Shown in pieces: positions 11,067 through 21,874 of a DNA stretch of 64,000 nucleotides (position 1 is its first letter; every line of letters begins with the position of its first letter). The stretch is from positions 29,818-93,817 of the IMG/VR virus record IMGVR_UViG_3300006077_000002, one strand, 5' to 3'. Source of the stretch: a virus. The notes beneath the pieces were generated by a model, which was given only the letters and a program-made list of their open reading frames with translations, did no database searches and was not told the DNA's origin. A program made the position numbers and the translations under genes.

Positions 11067-11076
11067 AGTTCCTCCT

Positions 11077-14000
11077 TTAGGTAATGGTTACACTATAGTT
11101 AGGTGAATACTCAGATGATGCTGATACTGCTTCATACTTTCTTCTAAGCACTAGCTTGAAGTTCCAAGTACCTGTAATACTAAATGGATGAGTATATGGT
11201 GAAGGAATATCTTGTGCTTCTGCTGAAATTTCATTTTCAAAATACAAGTCTACAGCGTAGTCATTACTTGCAGTTCTTGCATATGTGGCTGTAACACTGC
11301 CTGTACCACCAACTATATTAGTTGACGTGAAGGTAGATGGAACATCCATAACTGGCTCAATTAGTGTATCACTATAAATATCACCATATAGGTTACTAGC
11401 TAATAGTTTGAACTCATGTAAGTCTCCTGGAGACAGTCCAGTTACAACATGTCCTGATGTAATAGCTCCTTGAGACACTCCATCAACTATAAGCACTACT
11501 TGTTGAGCACCAGCAGCACTTAATGAATATGTAACAGTAGCTTCTCCTACGCTCTCTGACACAGCAAAAAAGTCCAAGAACTTAACAGGATTAGTGTATA
11601 AATCTGTGTCATAATTACCTGCAGTAATAGAGTAAACTCCTTGCCCATCCGAGGTAACTTCAAGCACTTTATAGTCTTTAACTACGTGGTCTGTAATACC
11701 AAGAGATAGGTAAGCACCTTGCTCACTACCTTCAGCTACCGCTAAATAGTTTGGAAGCCCTGTGGTATCATCAAACTGTATTTGGTTATCAGATATCTTT
11801 GTCATATTATACTCTGGTGATGCAATTCCTGTAGGTGACCTAAATATAGCCACTAAAGAAGTTTGTCCAGCAAGTCCTCTTGAGTCACTTAAGTAATAAT
11901 CATCTAATGTAATAGTTCTGTTAATAACATCATAGTGTATAACTTGAGCACTATCTCCCCAGTTAGCAAACCTATGAGTAACACCAATTCTATCCTTAAT
12001 ATCAGGAATCATTGCTTGTATATCAGAGGAGAACTTAACAGTTTTCGTAGAAAGTTGCTGGTTATTATATGTAAACTTCGCTGACTTTAAAGCAACAGCC
12101 TCATCAGTACAGCCAACCAACTCTCTAGTTTGTGGATTAACCGCATCTATTGGATGACGCACAGTAGCTTCTTTAAACGTATAAGGGTCTCTATACTTTA
12201 CTAGCTGACCATCATATGTTGTATTTCTATTAAACAAGTATGAGATAGTTAGACTATCTTTAACAATATTTGTCTCGTTAAACAATGAGCTTCGTATATC
12301 TTGAATCTCTTCTATTCGACCTCTAACAGTTGGACCATCAAGAAAGATAGTCATTTGTGCTGGAGTTGCAAGGAGCTTTAAAGCATCCATAACAACCATA
12401 GGTCTATCTATAACTCCATTGAACTCTGCCTCATGATAGTTAGGTCTTAAGGCTTCTGTGAGCATTTCATATTTATAATAGTTATTAAGTAGCCCTGTGT
12501 ATGGAGTTCCAAAAAAGTACCCAGCATATGGTGAGTCTATAGCAATACATGGATACCCAACATTTGGGATTAATGGTTCGGTAGAATCAACTACCAGAAA
12601 TCCATTATAATAAACTCTCCATTTAAGAACTGAGTCTACTTCCTTAGTATAAAAACTTCCAAGTGTAAAATGAGTACTTGGATATAGTACAGTATCCTTA
12701 GTACTTTGTATAATTAAGTCTGAGGCAGGTAGTCCTGCTCCGTAATCTGACCTTGTATAAATATCTCTGATACAGTCAGAAACATACTTATCAGGAGCTT
12801 CTGCCCAACAGTTAATTGTTTGATTATTCAAAGCAGAAGTCTCAGCACTTGAAGTTGTCTTAGTCCAAAGCACAGTTATATCACCGTAGTCTTCCGTATC
12901 AATACGCTTATCTACAATAGCCTTTACTTTCTCAATAACTAAATCATCTTTAACATAGTTAGATTGTGAATCTGGAGAACGTGTTATTTTCAAAGTTGCA
13001 ACTAGACCCTCAGTTGGTGCACCATACTGTGGTGGTATACGGTATCTAAAGGTTTTACGAATTGCTTGTTTACTAGTTCCTGTAATGCTTTCAGTAAAAA
13101 ATTGATTAGATACAGTACCATTAGGCTCAGTCTTTCTAAGTATAAAATTGATATCTACAGTGTATGGTGTGAGATTTCCTGTAGTCTGATTTGCCTCATA
13201 CAATCCTCTAGGAAATACAACATCTACTTCAAAATATGTTGAAGCTTCTTGTGTAGCATTAATTATTTCAAAAGGTCCATAAGCTGTTGTTAGGTCAATA
13301 GTAAATCCAGTCTCTTCAAGATACCCATAGGATTCAGTATTAACACCTTCAGATACAATACTTTGGTTTAACCAATTCTCTCCACCTTGTTGGTACGGAG
13401 GATTTGAACAAGATTTAGTTGATGCAGTATTACGTATTACTCTTAAGTTATAGAAGATACCTGCAGAGATATGAAAGGTTATTCTAGCTTGTCCAGAAGG
13501 ATTAATACGTTTGTTCCATGCCCAGAAAGTTTCATTATACTCACAGTACTGTATTCCAGTGACTACATGATTTCCAGAAACACTAACTGACATCTTACCA
13601 TTACTATTATCAGTAGTATTATTAGGTTCTAAGTTAAAGCTAGTTGTAATAGTAATAGTATGTGCTAGGTTATCGACAGCTGCTACAGTATATGCTCCAT
13701 TATTACGAATAGAATCTCTAACATTAAATACTGACCCAATTAGAACAAAGGATAAATCAATAAATGACCCATCATCTTCTGCTGAAAAGGTAAGTGTATT
13801 CCCAGAGAATGTACCACTTCTTTTAGCAACTACAGGAGATTGTCTTACTTCTAGATTGTGGATAGTAGGACAGTCATAGACTCTCATATTATAATCTGGG
13901 TCTATCGTATCATTAATTTCTTGCTGAATGTCATCAAATGAATCTTGATACAATATCTTACTTATCATAGGAGGGCTAACAAGGTTATTCATGTTAGTAT

Positions 14001-14571
14001 CTCCAAGGAGGGTATCTGTTACAGTAACACTTCCAGCAGCTACACACATCAAGTTATATACAACTTTATTATTATCAACATACTTTGTATATGATTTTTC
14101 AATAATAGTTGGATATATTCTAGCTCTACCATATAGAACTGGGATAGGATTTCCAAGTTTAGGTGAGTTTGATTTTATATTTAGATTGTATGCAACTGAC
14201 CCAGATTCTGAATTCTTATTTTGGTAGTTAACCTCGTACTCTGTTGGAGGTACCTCGGCAAACTCTTCTATAATATAATCAATTACCCAGTTAATAATCC
14301 ACCCAACTACATAAGCAACTATTGCACCAGCAAGAGCTTCTACTCCTGGATGGTGGATAATAGTGTATGTAATATCTTTATCTGAAGAAAACGCAATATC
14401 ATAGTCATCTAACTCTACTATATTACTGCCTTCAAATATGGTAGTTGGTTGTCCTTCAAATCCTTTAGGAAACTCTTCTTGTAAAAATTCTATAAGAGTA
14501 CTTTGTGGTGCATCTAGAAAAGTGTAATCACTTGGATGCATAACATTTTTTACAACTTTAATCTTTCGCAT
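11077..14571 (-). CDS. Central tail tip / host-specificity protein (gpI/J-like) with C-terminal FN3-like domains
   Basis: 1164 aa; LGNPIPVLYGRARIYP, VDVVFPRGLY and LFNETNIVKDS motifs. Confidence 0.85.
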   Translation of the reverse strand: MRKIKVVKNVMHPSDYTFLDAPQSTLIEFLQEEFPKGFEGQPTTIFEGSNIVELDDYDIAFSSDKDITYTIIHHPGVEALAGAIVAYVVGWIINWVIDYIIEEFAEVPPTEYEVNYQNKNSESGSVAYNLNIKSNSPKLGNPIPVLYGRARIYPTIIEKSYTKYVDNNKVVYNLMCVAAGSVTVTDTLLGDTNMNNLVSPPMISKILYQDSFDDIQQEINDTIDPDYNMRVYDCPTIHNLEVRQSPVVAKRSGTFSGNTLTFSAEDDGSFIDLSFVLIGSVFNVRDSIRNNGAYTVAAVDNLAHTITITTSFNLEPNNTTDNSNGKMSVSVSGNHVVTGIQYCEYNETFWAWNKRINPSGQARITFHISAGIFYNLRVIRNTASTKSCSNPPYQQGGENWLNQSIVSEGVNTESYGYLEETGFTIDLTTAYGPFEIINATQEASTYFEVDVVFPRGLYEANQTTGNLTPYTVDINFILRKTEPNGTVSNQFFTESITGTSKQAIRKTFRYRIPPQYGAPTEGLVATLKITRSPDSQSNYVKDDLVIEKVKAIVDKRIDTEDYGDITVLWTKTTSSAETSALNNQTINCWAEAPDKYVSDCIRDIYTRSDYGAGLPASDLIIQSTKDTVLYPSTHFTLGSFYTKEVDSVLKWRVYYNGFLVVDSTEPLIPNVGYPCIAIDSPYAGYFFGTPYTGLLNNYYKYEMLTEALRPNYHEAEFNGVIDRPMVVMDALKLLATPAQMTIFLDGPTVRGRIEEIQDIRSSLFNETNIVKDSLTISYLFNRNTTYDGQLVKYRDPYTFKEATVRHPIDAVNPQTRELVGCTDEAVALKSAKFTYNNQQLSTKTVKFSSDIQAMIPDIKDRIGVTHRFANWGDSAQVIHYDVINRTITLDDYYLSDSRGLAGQTSLVAIFRSPTGIASPEYNMTKISDNQIQFDDTTGLPNYLAVAEGSEQGAYLSLGITDHVVKDYKVLEVTSDGQGVYSITAGNYDTDLYTNPVKFLDFFAVSESVGEATVTYSLSAAGAQQVVLIVDGVSQGAITSGHVVTGLSPGDLHEFKLLASNLYGDIYSDTLIEPVMDVPSTFTSTNIVGGTGSVTATYARTASNDYAVDLYFENEISAEAQDIPSPYTHPFSITGTWNFKLVLRRKYEAVSASSEYSPNYSVTIT

Positions 14572-14917
14572 GGTAGTACCTTACTGCAGGATATTTTGCT
14601 AGTATCTTGTCTAGTGGGGTATACATTACAGAAGGGATTGTGGCATGTATCATACCTCCCTGATAGTATACTCCAGCATGGTAAAAAAATCCCTCATCTC
14701 TACCTAGCATTATAATATCTCCATCAGTAGGAGTATCTACAATTTCAAAATCTTTCCAATACCTTTCATCACTAAAGTACTTAACACTTGCTGTCAGTGA
14801 TGCAGGAATTTCTAACCTATACGCTTTAGGTGCTAGTTCTGTAACTAGATGCCAGCAATGAAAGTGTCTATCATCATATGGTTTACCTATTAATTCTCCA
14901 GCCTTTTTAACATCCAT
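14558..14917 (-). CDS. NlpC/P60-type tail tip assembly protein (gpK-like)
   Basis: IGKPY...HCWHLV...DGDII...HAGVY...IHA motif. Confidence 0.8.
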   Translation of the reverse strand: MDVKKAGELIGKPYDDRHFHCWHLVTELAPKAYRLEIPASLTASVKYFSDERYWKDFEIVDTPTDGDIIMLGRDEGFFYHAGVYYQGGMIHATIPSVMYTPLDKILAKYPAVRYYHAKD

Positions 14918-15405
14918 TATGCTACTCCTTTAAATATCCAAGCATCATAATTTCTTGCTGGAACTTTTATACCAAACAGGTCTGTACGTACAGCTGTTGT
15001 GGTTATTGTTGTTGAGGTAGCAGAGACATTTGCTAATTCAAGCGTTAAAATATCAGACTGAGGTCTGGGATTACCTTCTAAATATGAAGCGTATTTCAGA
15101 ATAATTGGTGTATTAATATCTTCTACCGCTCTCTCTAATTCTGTAATTGCTCTACCGCCAACATCACCTATTACCAATTGTAAATCTTGCTGGTTACTTC
15201 CTTTTGTAGGCGTAGTAACTGTAAAAGATGCAGGAAGAAACGACTGAGTAGTTCCATCAGAGCTTTCTAAAAGTAGCACTTCTGGGTTAGCTACTAAGTA
15301 GATAGTTCCAGTGAATAAGTAATGATGTAGTTCTATCACCTCTATAGCTCTAACAGCTATAGGGTTATTAACGTAGATGGACTTTAGCTCTTCTGAAAGG
15401 CTCAT
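14917..15405 (-). CDS. Minor tail protein (DUF1833 / gpL-like)
   Basis: IEVIELHH..F..IYLV, QDLQLVIGDV motifs; follows tape measure gene. Confidence 0.75.
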   Translation of the reverse strand: MSLSEELKSIYVNNPIAVRAIEVIELHHYLFTGTIYLVANPEVLLLESSDGTTQSFLPASFTVTTPTKGSNQQDLQLVIGDVGGRAITELERAVEDINTPIILKYASYLEGNPRPQSDILTLELANVSATSTTITTTAVRTDLFGIKVPARNYDAWIFKGVA

Positions 15406-18400
15406 CTTGACACTCCAAATGTTGATTGAATAGATGTACCGACAGGGCCAGTACCTCTAGCTATTCCAGAAGCAATTGAATTAGTAACAGTATCTATAAT
15501 AAATTGGATATTACCCTCATCATCAGTTGCTGTAGTAACTTCTGCAGATGAATTATTTATAACTGAAACATTAACTACTGGACTTTGAGCTTTGACTCCT
15601 AAGTCTCCGCCACTTGTTCTTGTTAGTGGGACAATGGCTTCAGGCCCTGCCTCACCCATCATACCTGTACCTGAAGACATTGGGAATAGCGTAGGGGAGC
15701 TTACAACTCCACCTTTAGCATACGCTGTAAGTTGGCTACCACCAGAAAAGGCATTACCCTTCTCATTAAATAGGCTTACAACAAAATCTCCAACAGCACT
15801 TCCAATACTGCCAGAAGCACCATCTCCCATACTTTTCTTTATAGCTTCAACAATCGGTCCCATAACTAGTAACTCTATAATAATTCTATTTAGTGCAGTT
15901 CTGAAACCTTTAGCAGCATCTGCCCAACTATCAATACCCTCCAACGAATCAGCTAATGCTGAAGACATTGAGGAATTGAATGCATCAAGAGCTCCTACCA
16001 TTAATTTAGTATTTATTGATACTTGCTTAGCTTGTCTATCATAAAGTACATTTTGTTTTGCTATAAGTGCAATCTTCTGTTCTTCTGTTAGCTTAAATTT
16101 ATCAGCCTCTATAGATAACGCCTCGTTAGCCGCCAACCTATTGGCCTCAATAACTTGTAGCTCTTTGGCAGAGCCTGTCATAAGAGTCATTGCATCTAAT
16201 TGCTTTTGTAAAGATGCATCACGTTTATTATAATTACTATTTTGAGCAAGTGCTACCTGCTCTGTAACTTTAATTACATTAAGACGTGCTTCTTCTTCTT
16301 TAGTCTTATCCTTAAGAGCTTGTAACGTAGATTTCTCTGTCTCAGCAGTAGCTCTAGAAACATTATGAATAGCAATAGCTGTTTGATATTGTTGTTCTGC
16401 TACAGTAATCTTATCATTTTGGTCAATAAGTGCCTGAGCATCTATACCAATTTGTTTAACTTTCTCTTGACTTGTTGATGTTTCTAGTTTTAATATACGG
16501 TCTTTGGCTGATAACTCAACATTTGCTAATTCAGTAAGATACTTAGCTAAACCAATTTTTTCAATAATGATTTTGTTAGCAGATTCAAGTGTTCTGGTAA
16601 TCTTATTGTGTTCACCAAGTTCCTTCCCACTAAGAGCTGCACTCTCTTGTTTACGAGAAACTATCTCTTTCTGTATAAGTGCAGAGTTCTTCTGAAGTGT
16701 GATAGCCTCATTACCATCAGCAAGCCCTTGAAGAAATCCTCCACTATCGTTATTATTTTTAATAGCGTTATACTGTTGGTCAATACCTCTAAGCTGCTCA
16801 TTAATCTGAGCAAGAGGTTTAGTATCAACTGCGAAGTCAAATAGTGAATTATCTTTAAAGAACTCTTTAGTTGCTGCCACAAGATTACGAACATCTTGTG
16901 TTGCAATCTTAAGATGTCCAATAGTATTTTTACCTACTATTGGTTTTTTACTGGCACCATCTTTAGCTTGATTTAGGTCTGTAATAGAGCGATTAAGAAA
17001 TTTAATCTTCTTAGTAGACTCAACGATAATAGCTTGTTCTTCCTTAAGCCTTTTATCATAGAAGCCTGTTTTTATTTCTTTACCCTGGCTCTTCAGATAT
17101 GCAATACGTTTTGCTTTCATCTTTTCAAAGTGAGCAATTTGTGATTTAGCATCTAGGATAAACTGTGTATGTCTAGCAACTGCAGCAATTGCTTGCTTCT
17201 CAGTTAACTTATCTTGTTCTGCAAGTACTTTAGATTGATTTCTATATACTCCAGATTCATCTTCTAAAGCCTTCCGTTTATCTTCATGTGCTTTTTTAAG
17301 TTTAATTAATGAAGTAAGTTGTACAGCAGAAGTAGCTACTAAAATCTGTTCATCAATAATAGCTATCTTATTGCTTTCTTCTCTAGCCTCTGCAAGTTTT
17401 TGATGGGCTTTCCACATTTTAGCATAAGCTGCTGGACCACCATCTATGAGGGCAGCCATACGTTCAAGACCTTCAAACAGGCCTCTGGAAGCACCTGCTG
17501 CAGTATCCATTTCTATAACTAAGTCTACTAGAGTTAGTTTGAATTTTTCCCATGTAGCAACATATCCTAGTAGGATTTTATCTGCTGCTTTAATTCCTTC
17601 ATGTGTACCATCAGTAAGCGTTTTGATATTTTCAGAAATACCTTCAGACTGTTGTCTTAATAGTGCCAATGAGTTACGCTGTAGGATATTCATACTTGCA
17701 GTTATACGGTTAAACTCTTCACGAGTAAGCCCTGCAAGTTTCTTACTTAGCCCGATAAGAGCTGCATTGGAACGCTCTCCACCAGCAGCTAGTTCAGCCT
17801 GGAAGTTTCCTTGTACAACACCAAGCTCTGTGAAGAATTTGTTAACACCCTTTGAACCATCAAGGAATGTTTTCGTAAGTGAACGAATCTGTGTACCAAT
17901 TGTTGATGCGTTAACACCTGCTTTGGAAAACTGAGTTGCAACTGCAGATACAGCATCAACTGTAAGTCCTGCAGCATCTGCTGCGGCCAAAGCGTAGTTT
18001 GAGAATGTTTGAATATCTTGAGTTGATAGTCTTGATTCATTAGCCATGAACGCAAGTTTATCTCCTAAAGTTTCAACAGTCTCTCCGTACTTACCAAATA
18101 CTTCAAGGTAAGATACGATAGCCCCACTAGATACTTCAAGAGTATCACCAGTAAGTTTTGCTAACTTAATAGTAATCTCAGTTGATTTAGCTAGTTTGTC
18201 TTGAGCAACACCAGCACGTCCAAGTAGGATTGCTGCCTGGTTAATACCTTCAAAAGTACCACCATATGCTTTACCAAGACCTATTAGTTGGTCTTCAAGC
18301 TCTTTTGCAGCTGGGATAGATAGTCCATTAATTACTGCGGCCATTGTACGGCTTGCAGTATCAAACTCTACAATTGCTAGAGCACCATCACGAGCTGCAT

Positions 18401-19487
18401 TAGCAACAGCAAATAGTCCTGCGGCTGCTGCAGAGTATTGTGCAGTAGTCTTTACTTTGTGAGCAAACGTAGTGTTACCACCAGTTCCTCCTCCAGGTCT
18501 AGGAGCACTATTTGTAGCTTGCCTACGTGCCTGAGCGTTTGCTGCAGCGGCTAGAGCAAGCTGTGTTTTAGCCTGTTGTACTTGACGATTATTCTCAAGA
18601 GCAATCTTATTCTTTATTCTTAGAAGCTCAGCAGCTTCTTGAGTAAGACGTTTAGCATCCTGAACAGTTGAATCATTAAGAACAGCTTGTTTTCTATTCT
18701 CAGTATTTATCGCATGGTCAATTGCTAATTGTTGTTTTTTAGCTAGAAGTGTTTTATCATTAGCAAGCAAAGAGACTTTATCAAGACGTGCCTGTTCTTT
18801 ATCTAAAGCAAGTTGGTTTCTCTGTGCAGTTAGTGTTGAATTATTGAGTCTAGCCTGTTGTGAAGCCAGTGATATTGCTTCCTTGTCAACTGCAAGCTGA
18901 ATCTTCTTAGCTATAATAGTTGCATCATTTGCGATAGCTGTTTGTGATACTAGAGAGTTGCGTGCTTTATCTATAGCAAGTTGTGTTCTAGCAGTCTGTA
19001 AGCTTTTATCATTGGCAATTAGTGCCTGAGCTGCAAGGCGTGCTTTCTCTGCTGCTATCTTAGCTGCTGGAGAGTTTTTACGAATCTGCTCTTCTTCTCT
19101 AACCTTCTTAGTAATATCAGATTGGGCTTTTGAGATTTCAATAAGAGAGACTTTAAGTTCTTTTTGTAATCTCTTTAACTTATTCTTAGTCCTCTCTTCA
19201 AGCTTCCAGCCCTTAGCATTCCTATTACGAATTAGTTGTAGCTGTGCATCAACTGCCTTAGCAGCAGCACGAGCTTTATCAAGAGCTGCAGTATAACCAG
19301 CTGCACCATTAGGTCCTGCAAGTTCTTTAAGCTTATTTAGTATAGAAGAATAACGAGAGTCTTGCTTAGAGAGTCCTTTAAGTAAGTTCTCAGCCTCCTT
19401 CTCTACTTCTTTTGCAGACTGCTTATCAACAGTAAACACTGTTTGGTATTCAACCTTATATACTTGACCTGTACCTGTAACTGGCAT
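15402..19487 (-). CDS. Tape measure protein
   Basis: 1361 aa, Ala/Lys-rich helical; TP901-type core; C-terminal AKGGVVSSPTLF...MGEAGPEAIVPL. Confidence 0.93.
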   Translation of the reverse strand: MPVTGTGQVYKVEYQTVFTVDKQSAKEVEKEAENLLKGLSKQDSRYSSILNKLKELAGPNGAAGYTAALDKARAAAKAVDAQLQLIRNRNAKGWKLEERTKNKLKRLQKELKVSLIEISKAQSDITKKVREEEQIRKNSPAAKIAAEKARLAAQALIANDKSLQTARTQLAIDKARNSLVSQTAIANDATIIAKKIQLAVDKEAISLASQQARLNNSTLTAQRNQLALDKEQARLDKVSLLANDKTLLAKKQQLAIDHAINTENRKQAVLNDSTVQDAKRLTQEAAELLRIKNKIALENNRQVQQAKTQLALAAAANAQARRQATNSAPRPGGGTGGNTTFAHKVKTTAQYSAAAAGLFAVANAARDGALAIVEFDTASRTMAAVINGLSIPAAKELEDQLIGLGKAYGGTFEGINQAAILLGRAGVAQDKLAKSTEITIKLAKLTGDTLEVSSGAIVSYLEVFGKYGETVETLGDKLAFMANESRLSTQDIQTFSNYALAAADAAGLTVDAVSAVATQFSKAGVNASTIGTQIRSLTKTFLDGSKGVNKFFTELGVVQGNFQAELAAGGERSNAALIGLSKKLAGLTREEFNRITASMNILQRNSLALLRQQSEGISENIKTLTDGTHEGIKAADKILLGYVATWEKFKLTLVDLVIEMDTAAGASRGLFEGLERMAALIDGGPAAYAKMWKAHQKLAEAREESNKIAIIDEQILVATSAVQLTSLIKLKKAHEDKRKALEDESGVYRNQSKVLAEQDKLTEKQAIAAVARHTQFILDAKSQIAHFEKMKAKRIAYLKSQGKEIKTGFYDKRLKEEQAIIVESTKKIKFLNRSITDLNQAKDGASKKPIVGKNTIGHLKIATQDVRNLVAATKEFFKDNSLFDFAVDTKPLAQINEQLRGIDQQYNAIKNNNDSGGFLQGLADGNEAITLQKNSALIQKEIVSRKQESAALSGKELGEHNKITRTLESANKIIIEKIGLAKYLTELANVELSAKDRILKLETSTSQEKVKQIGIDAQALIDQNDKITVAEQQYQTAIAIHNVSRATAETEKSTLQALKDKTKEEEARLNVIKVTEQVALAQNSNYNKRDASLQKQLDAMTLMTGSAKELQVIEANRLAANEALSIEADKFKLTEEQKIALIAKQNVLYDRQAKQVSINTKLMVGALDAFNSSMSSALADSLEGIDSWADAAKGFRTALNRIIIELLVMGPIVEAIKKSMGDGASGSIGSAVGDFVVSLFNEKGNAFSGGSQLTAYAKGGVVSSPTLFPMSSGTGMMGEAGPEAIVPLTRTSGGDLGVKAQSPVVNVSVINNSSAEVTTATDDEGNIQFIIDTVTNSIASGIARGTGPVGTSIQSTFGVSR

Positions 19488-19496
19488 TTGCTACTC

Positions 19497-20192
19497 CTAT
19501 TTAGTATCTTCTGATTGTCCTTCATAGTACTTAGCAACCTCAGACATCTTCTGGGAAGCTACTATGAAAAATACAGTTTGATTACGAATACCTCCATCTT
19601 CTGGAAGTAATGATTGGTTCCTAAAAATATATGCCTCCATTGCTCTGTTACTCATCAGAGTATCAACTAACCCTATTGGGCATACAGTTGATACTCCATC
19701 AATAGTATCATAACGAATGTCAGGACTATATCCCTCTTTATTAAGGAATGGACAGTTCCTTAATCTATCTAATTTTCTGGATTGACAGGTCTCACAGTTC
19801 CAACTTTTATCTGAAAACCTTGGGTTGTGTTGAGTGTATAACGACGTACTAAGTGTAGCTATTGACTCTGGTGTATACATTGATATTTTAAATATAAACT
19901 CAAGTAGTTCCCCAACCATCTCTGCAGGAAGTACTGATATAATATCTTTAGGTTTAACGGGTAAACCTTTAGCATCTATAATATTCCTATAGTCAACTAT
20001 ACAATATTCAAAAAGAGTTCTCTCAATAGAATTAGAGTGTACTCCAGAAAGCTTACTGATTTCATCGGATAGGTGGTATGTAGAAAGAAAGTGGTAGGGG
20101 AATGTACGAATTAAGAACTCAGCTGGAGATGTGTCTCCTCGCTGAGCCTCTGGAGTATACCAGAGTTCGGTATGAAAGATTGCAGGTAGCAT
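19497..20192 (-). CDS. Tail assembly chaperone (second), with Cys cluster
   Basis: Immediately upstream of tape measure; CETC...RNCPF...CP and LLPEDGGIRNQT motif. Confidence 0.6.
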   Translation of the reverse strand: MLPAIFHTELWYTPEAQRGDTSPAEFLIRTFPYHFLSTYHLSDEISKLSGVHSNSIERTLFEYCIVDYRNIIDAKGLPVKPKDIISVLPAEMVGELLEFIFKISMYTPESIATLSTSLYTQHNPRFSDKSWNCETCQSRKLDRLRNCPFLNKEGYSPDIRYDTIDGVSTVCPIGLVDTLMSNRAMEAYIFRNQSLLPEDGGIRNQTVFFIVASQKMSEVAKYYEGQSEDTK

Positions 20193-20197
20193 TGGAG

Positions 20198-20608
20198 CTA
20201 CTCTTCAACGTCTGCAAAAAACAATTGGAATGTAGATGGGTCTCTACTAATTGCTGAGATTGCGTTTGAGATTTCAGTAATCATGTCTGAAGGAATAATT
20301 CCAACTGACTCTGCTGCTGCTTCTCCGCTGATATCTTTTACCAGCACATGCTCTTTGCCATCATCATCATTAATGTTTTCCCAAGAGACGAGAGTCTTTT
20401 GAACAACTTTGAATGAGTATGAACCTGACGCAAGGAACATTGTATCTTCACCTTTTTTAACTACTACTTCATCTTCAAGTAACAATAGGTCACGAGAATC
20501 AAGAGGTTTAAGATATACTGTGAATGGGTTTTCTTGGCCCTTCTGAGAAGAAGGGATAAACTTATGTCCACCTTGTGGAGCTGAATTAACTACTAATGCC
20601 ATGAGCAT
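20198..20608 (-). CDS. Tail assembly chaperone
   Basis: Between tail tube and tape measure; LVSWENI motif. Start may be the ATG at 20602. Confidence 0.65.
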   Translation of the reverse strand: MLMALVVNSAPQGGHKFIPSSQKGQENPFTVYLKPLDSRDLLLLEDEVVVKKGEDTMFLASGSYSFKVVQKTLVSWENINDDDGKEHVLVKDISGEAAAESVGIIPSDMITEISNAISAISRDPSTFQLFFADVEE

Positions 20609-20644
20609 TCCTTTTATTGTAATACTATATTTTTGTATAGCTTA

Positions 20645-20670
20645 AGTGGTAGGCCCGAAGGCTTACCTAT
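20645..20670 (-). terminator. cUUCGg hairpin after tail tube gene (terminator or stabiliser)
   Basis: Minus strand GGTAAGCC-TTCG-GGCCTACC; no clear U-tract. Confidence 0.45.
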
Positions 20671-20673
20671 AAG

Positions 20674-21828
20674 TTATACTGTTGGGAAGTAAACTGTAAT
20701 TGTACGCTCGTTACCAACACAGTCAGGTGACTCAGCTTCAAAAGAAACCTCGTCGTATAAGATACCTGCATCATCAGTACGAGTTACTGTTACAAATTTC
20801 ATTTGTGGAATATAAACACCACAAAGGATAGGAGCACCAGCATTACCGTCACGAAGTTCTAAACTGAACTCTCCACGGACAGAGTTAAGAAGAGCATCAA
20901 AATTTGTTGTACCAACGTACTCAGTTTTGAATGTTCCACTTACAACTTTTTCTGTACCAACTTTGTTAGTGATACCATCAGTTGTAATACTAAGGATATC
21001 AGTGTTAGTTGTAGCAACATCTACTGCCAAGTCTTGAGCCGTATAAGGAACTCCAAGAATTGTAACAACAGCATTCTTACCAATTACTGGAGTAAGAATA
21101 TCACAGTCAAGGTTAATTGCTGGTGCTGGAGTAGTTGTTCCAGAACCTGCACCTGCAACTGAGAAGTCAGCAGTAGCAATACCACCAACTGGGAAAGCCA
21201 GTGCAGCAGTCTCAATCATACAACCACGATAGTCATAATCAATGTTATCGCCAGCAGTAGGCTTTAGGTGCTCACGGATAAGAAGTGATTTTACTTCAGT
21301 ATCTGGGCGAGGCAAGATGAATGAAAGAACACCACTTGCTGATTCTCCACCTGTAGGAACTGCAGAAAGTGCTGGAGTTACAACCAAGTCGTTAGTAGAA
21401 ACTGAAACAACTTGTACATACTCTTTAGCACCACCAACAGTTACCTCAAGCATCTGACCACCAACGATACCAGTAGCATCAGTTAGTGTAAAGTTACTAC
21501 CATCAACAGCACTTGCGATAGTTGTTGCAGTTGTGCTTGGAAGCTCAACACCAATACCATTTTTGTATAGGAGTTCAGCGTTAAGTACACCACCTACTAG
21601 ACCTGAAATCTCAGTAGTAATATTTCCTGAGCTAGTTTCTTGTCCAGCAATAGATGCTAGTTTAACGAGTGAGTTACGAATAACTGAGCGTTCAATTTGT
21701 TCGATATCAATCGAAATATCTCCAGCTGTGTAATCAAAATAGTCTGCGTCTGTAATGACGGTTGCTGGGTCTGCGTATGTTGCCTCTTCTTGAGCGGCGA
21801 GGCTTCGGCCTTTAGTTAAGAAAGCTAT
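20674..21828 (-). CDS. Major tail (tube) protein, probably 384 aa from an ATA start
   Basis: Frame is open 125 codons upstream of the ATG at 21453; AAAGGA RBS 6 nt before ATA-GCT-TTC-TTA; tail-tube-like content (GCMIETAALAFPVGGIATADFSV). Confidence 0.8.
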   Translation of the reverse strand: MAFLTKGRSLAAQEEATYADPATVITDADYFDYTAGDISIDIEQIERSVIRNSLVKLASIAGQETSSGNITTEISGLVGGVLNAELLYKNGIGVELPSTTATTIASAVDGSNFTLTDATGIVGGQMLEVTVGGAKEYVQVVSVSTNDLVVTPALSAVPTGGESASGVLSFILPRPDTEVKSLLIREHLKPTAGDNIDYDYRGCMIETAALAFPVGGIATADFSVAGAGSGTTTPAPAINLDCDILTPVIGKNAVVTILGVPYTAQDLAVDVATTNTDILSITTDGITNKVGTEKVVSGTFKTEYVGTTNFDALLNSVRGEFSLELRDGNAGAPILCGVYIPQMKFVTVTRTDDAGILYDEVSFEAESPDCVGNERTITVYFPTV

Positions 21829-21874
21829 GATAAGTCCTTTAAGTTTATATTGGGGATGGGTAGGCCCTAAGGCA

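Noticed and set aside
20190-20230. Programmed -1 frameshift between tail chaperones at G-TTT-TTT
   Set aside because: The -1 frame hits TGA (TGC AGA CGT TGA) before reaching the downstream ORF, so no lambda G/GT-type fusion arises at this site
20674-21453. 259-aa tail tube call from the ORF track
   Set aside because: Likely N-terminally truncated; the frame extends to an RBS-preceded ATA at 21828
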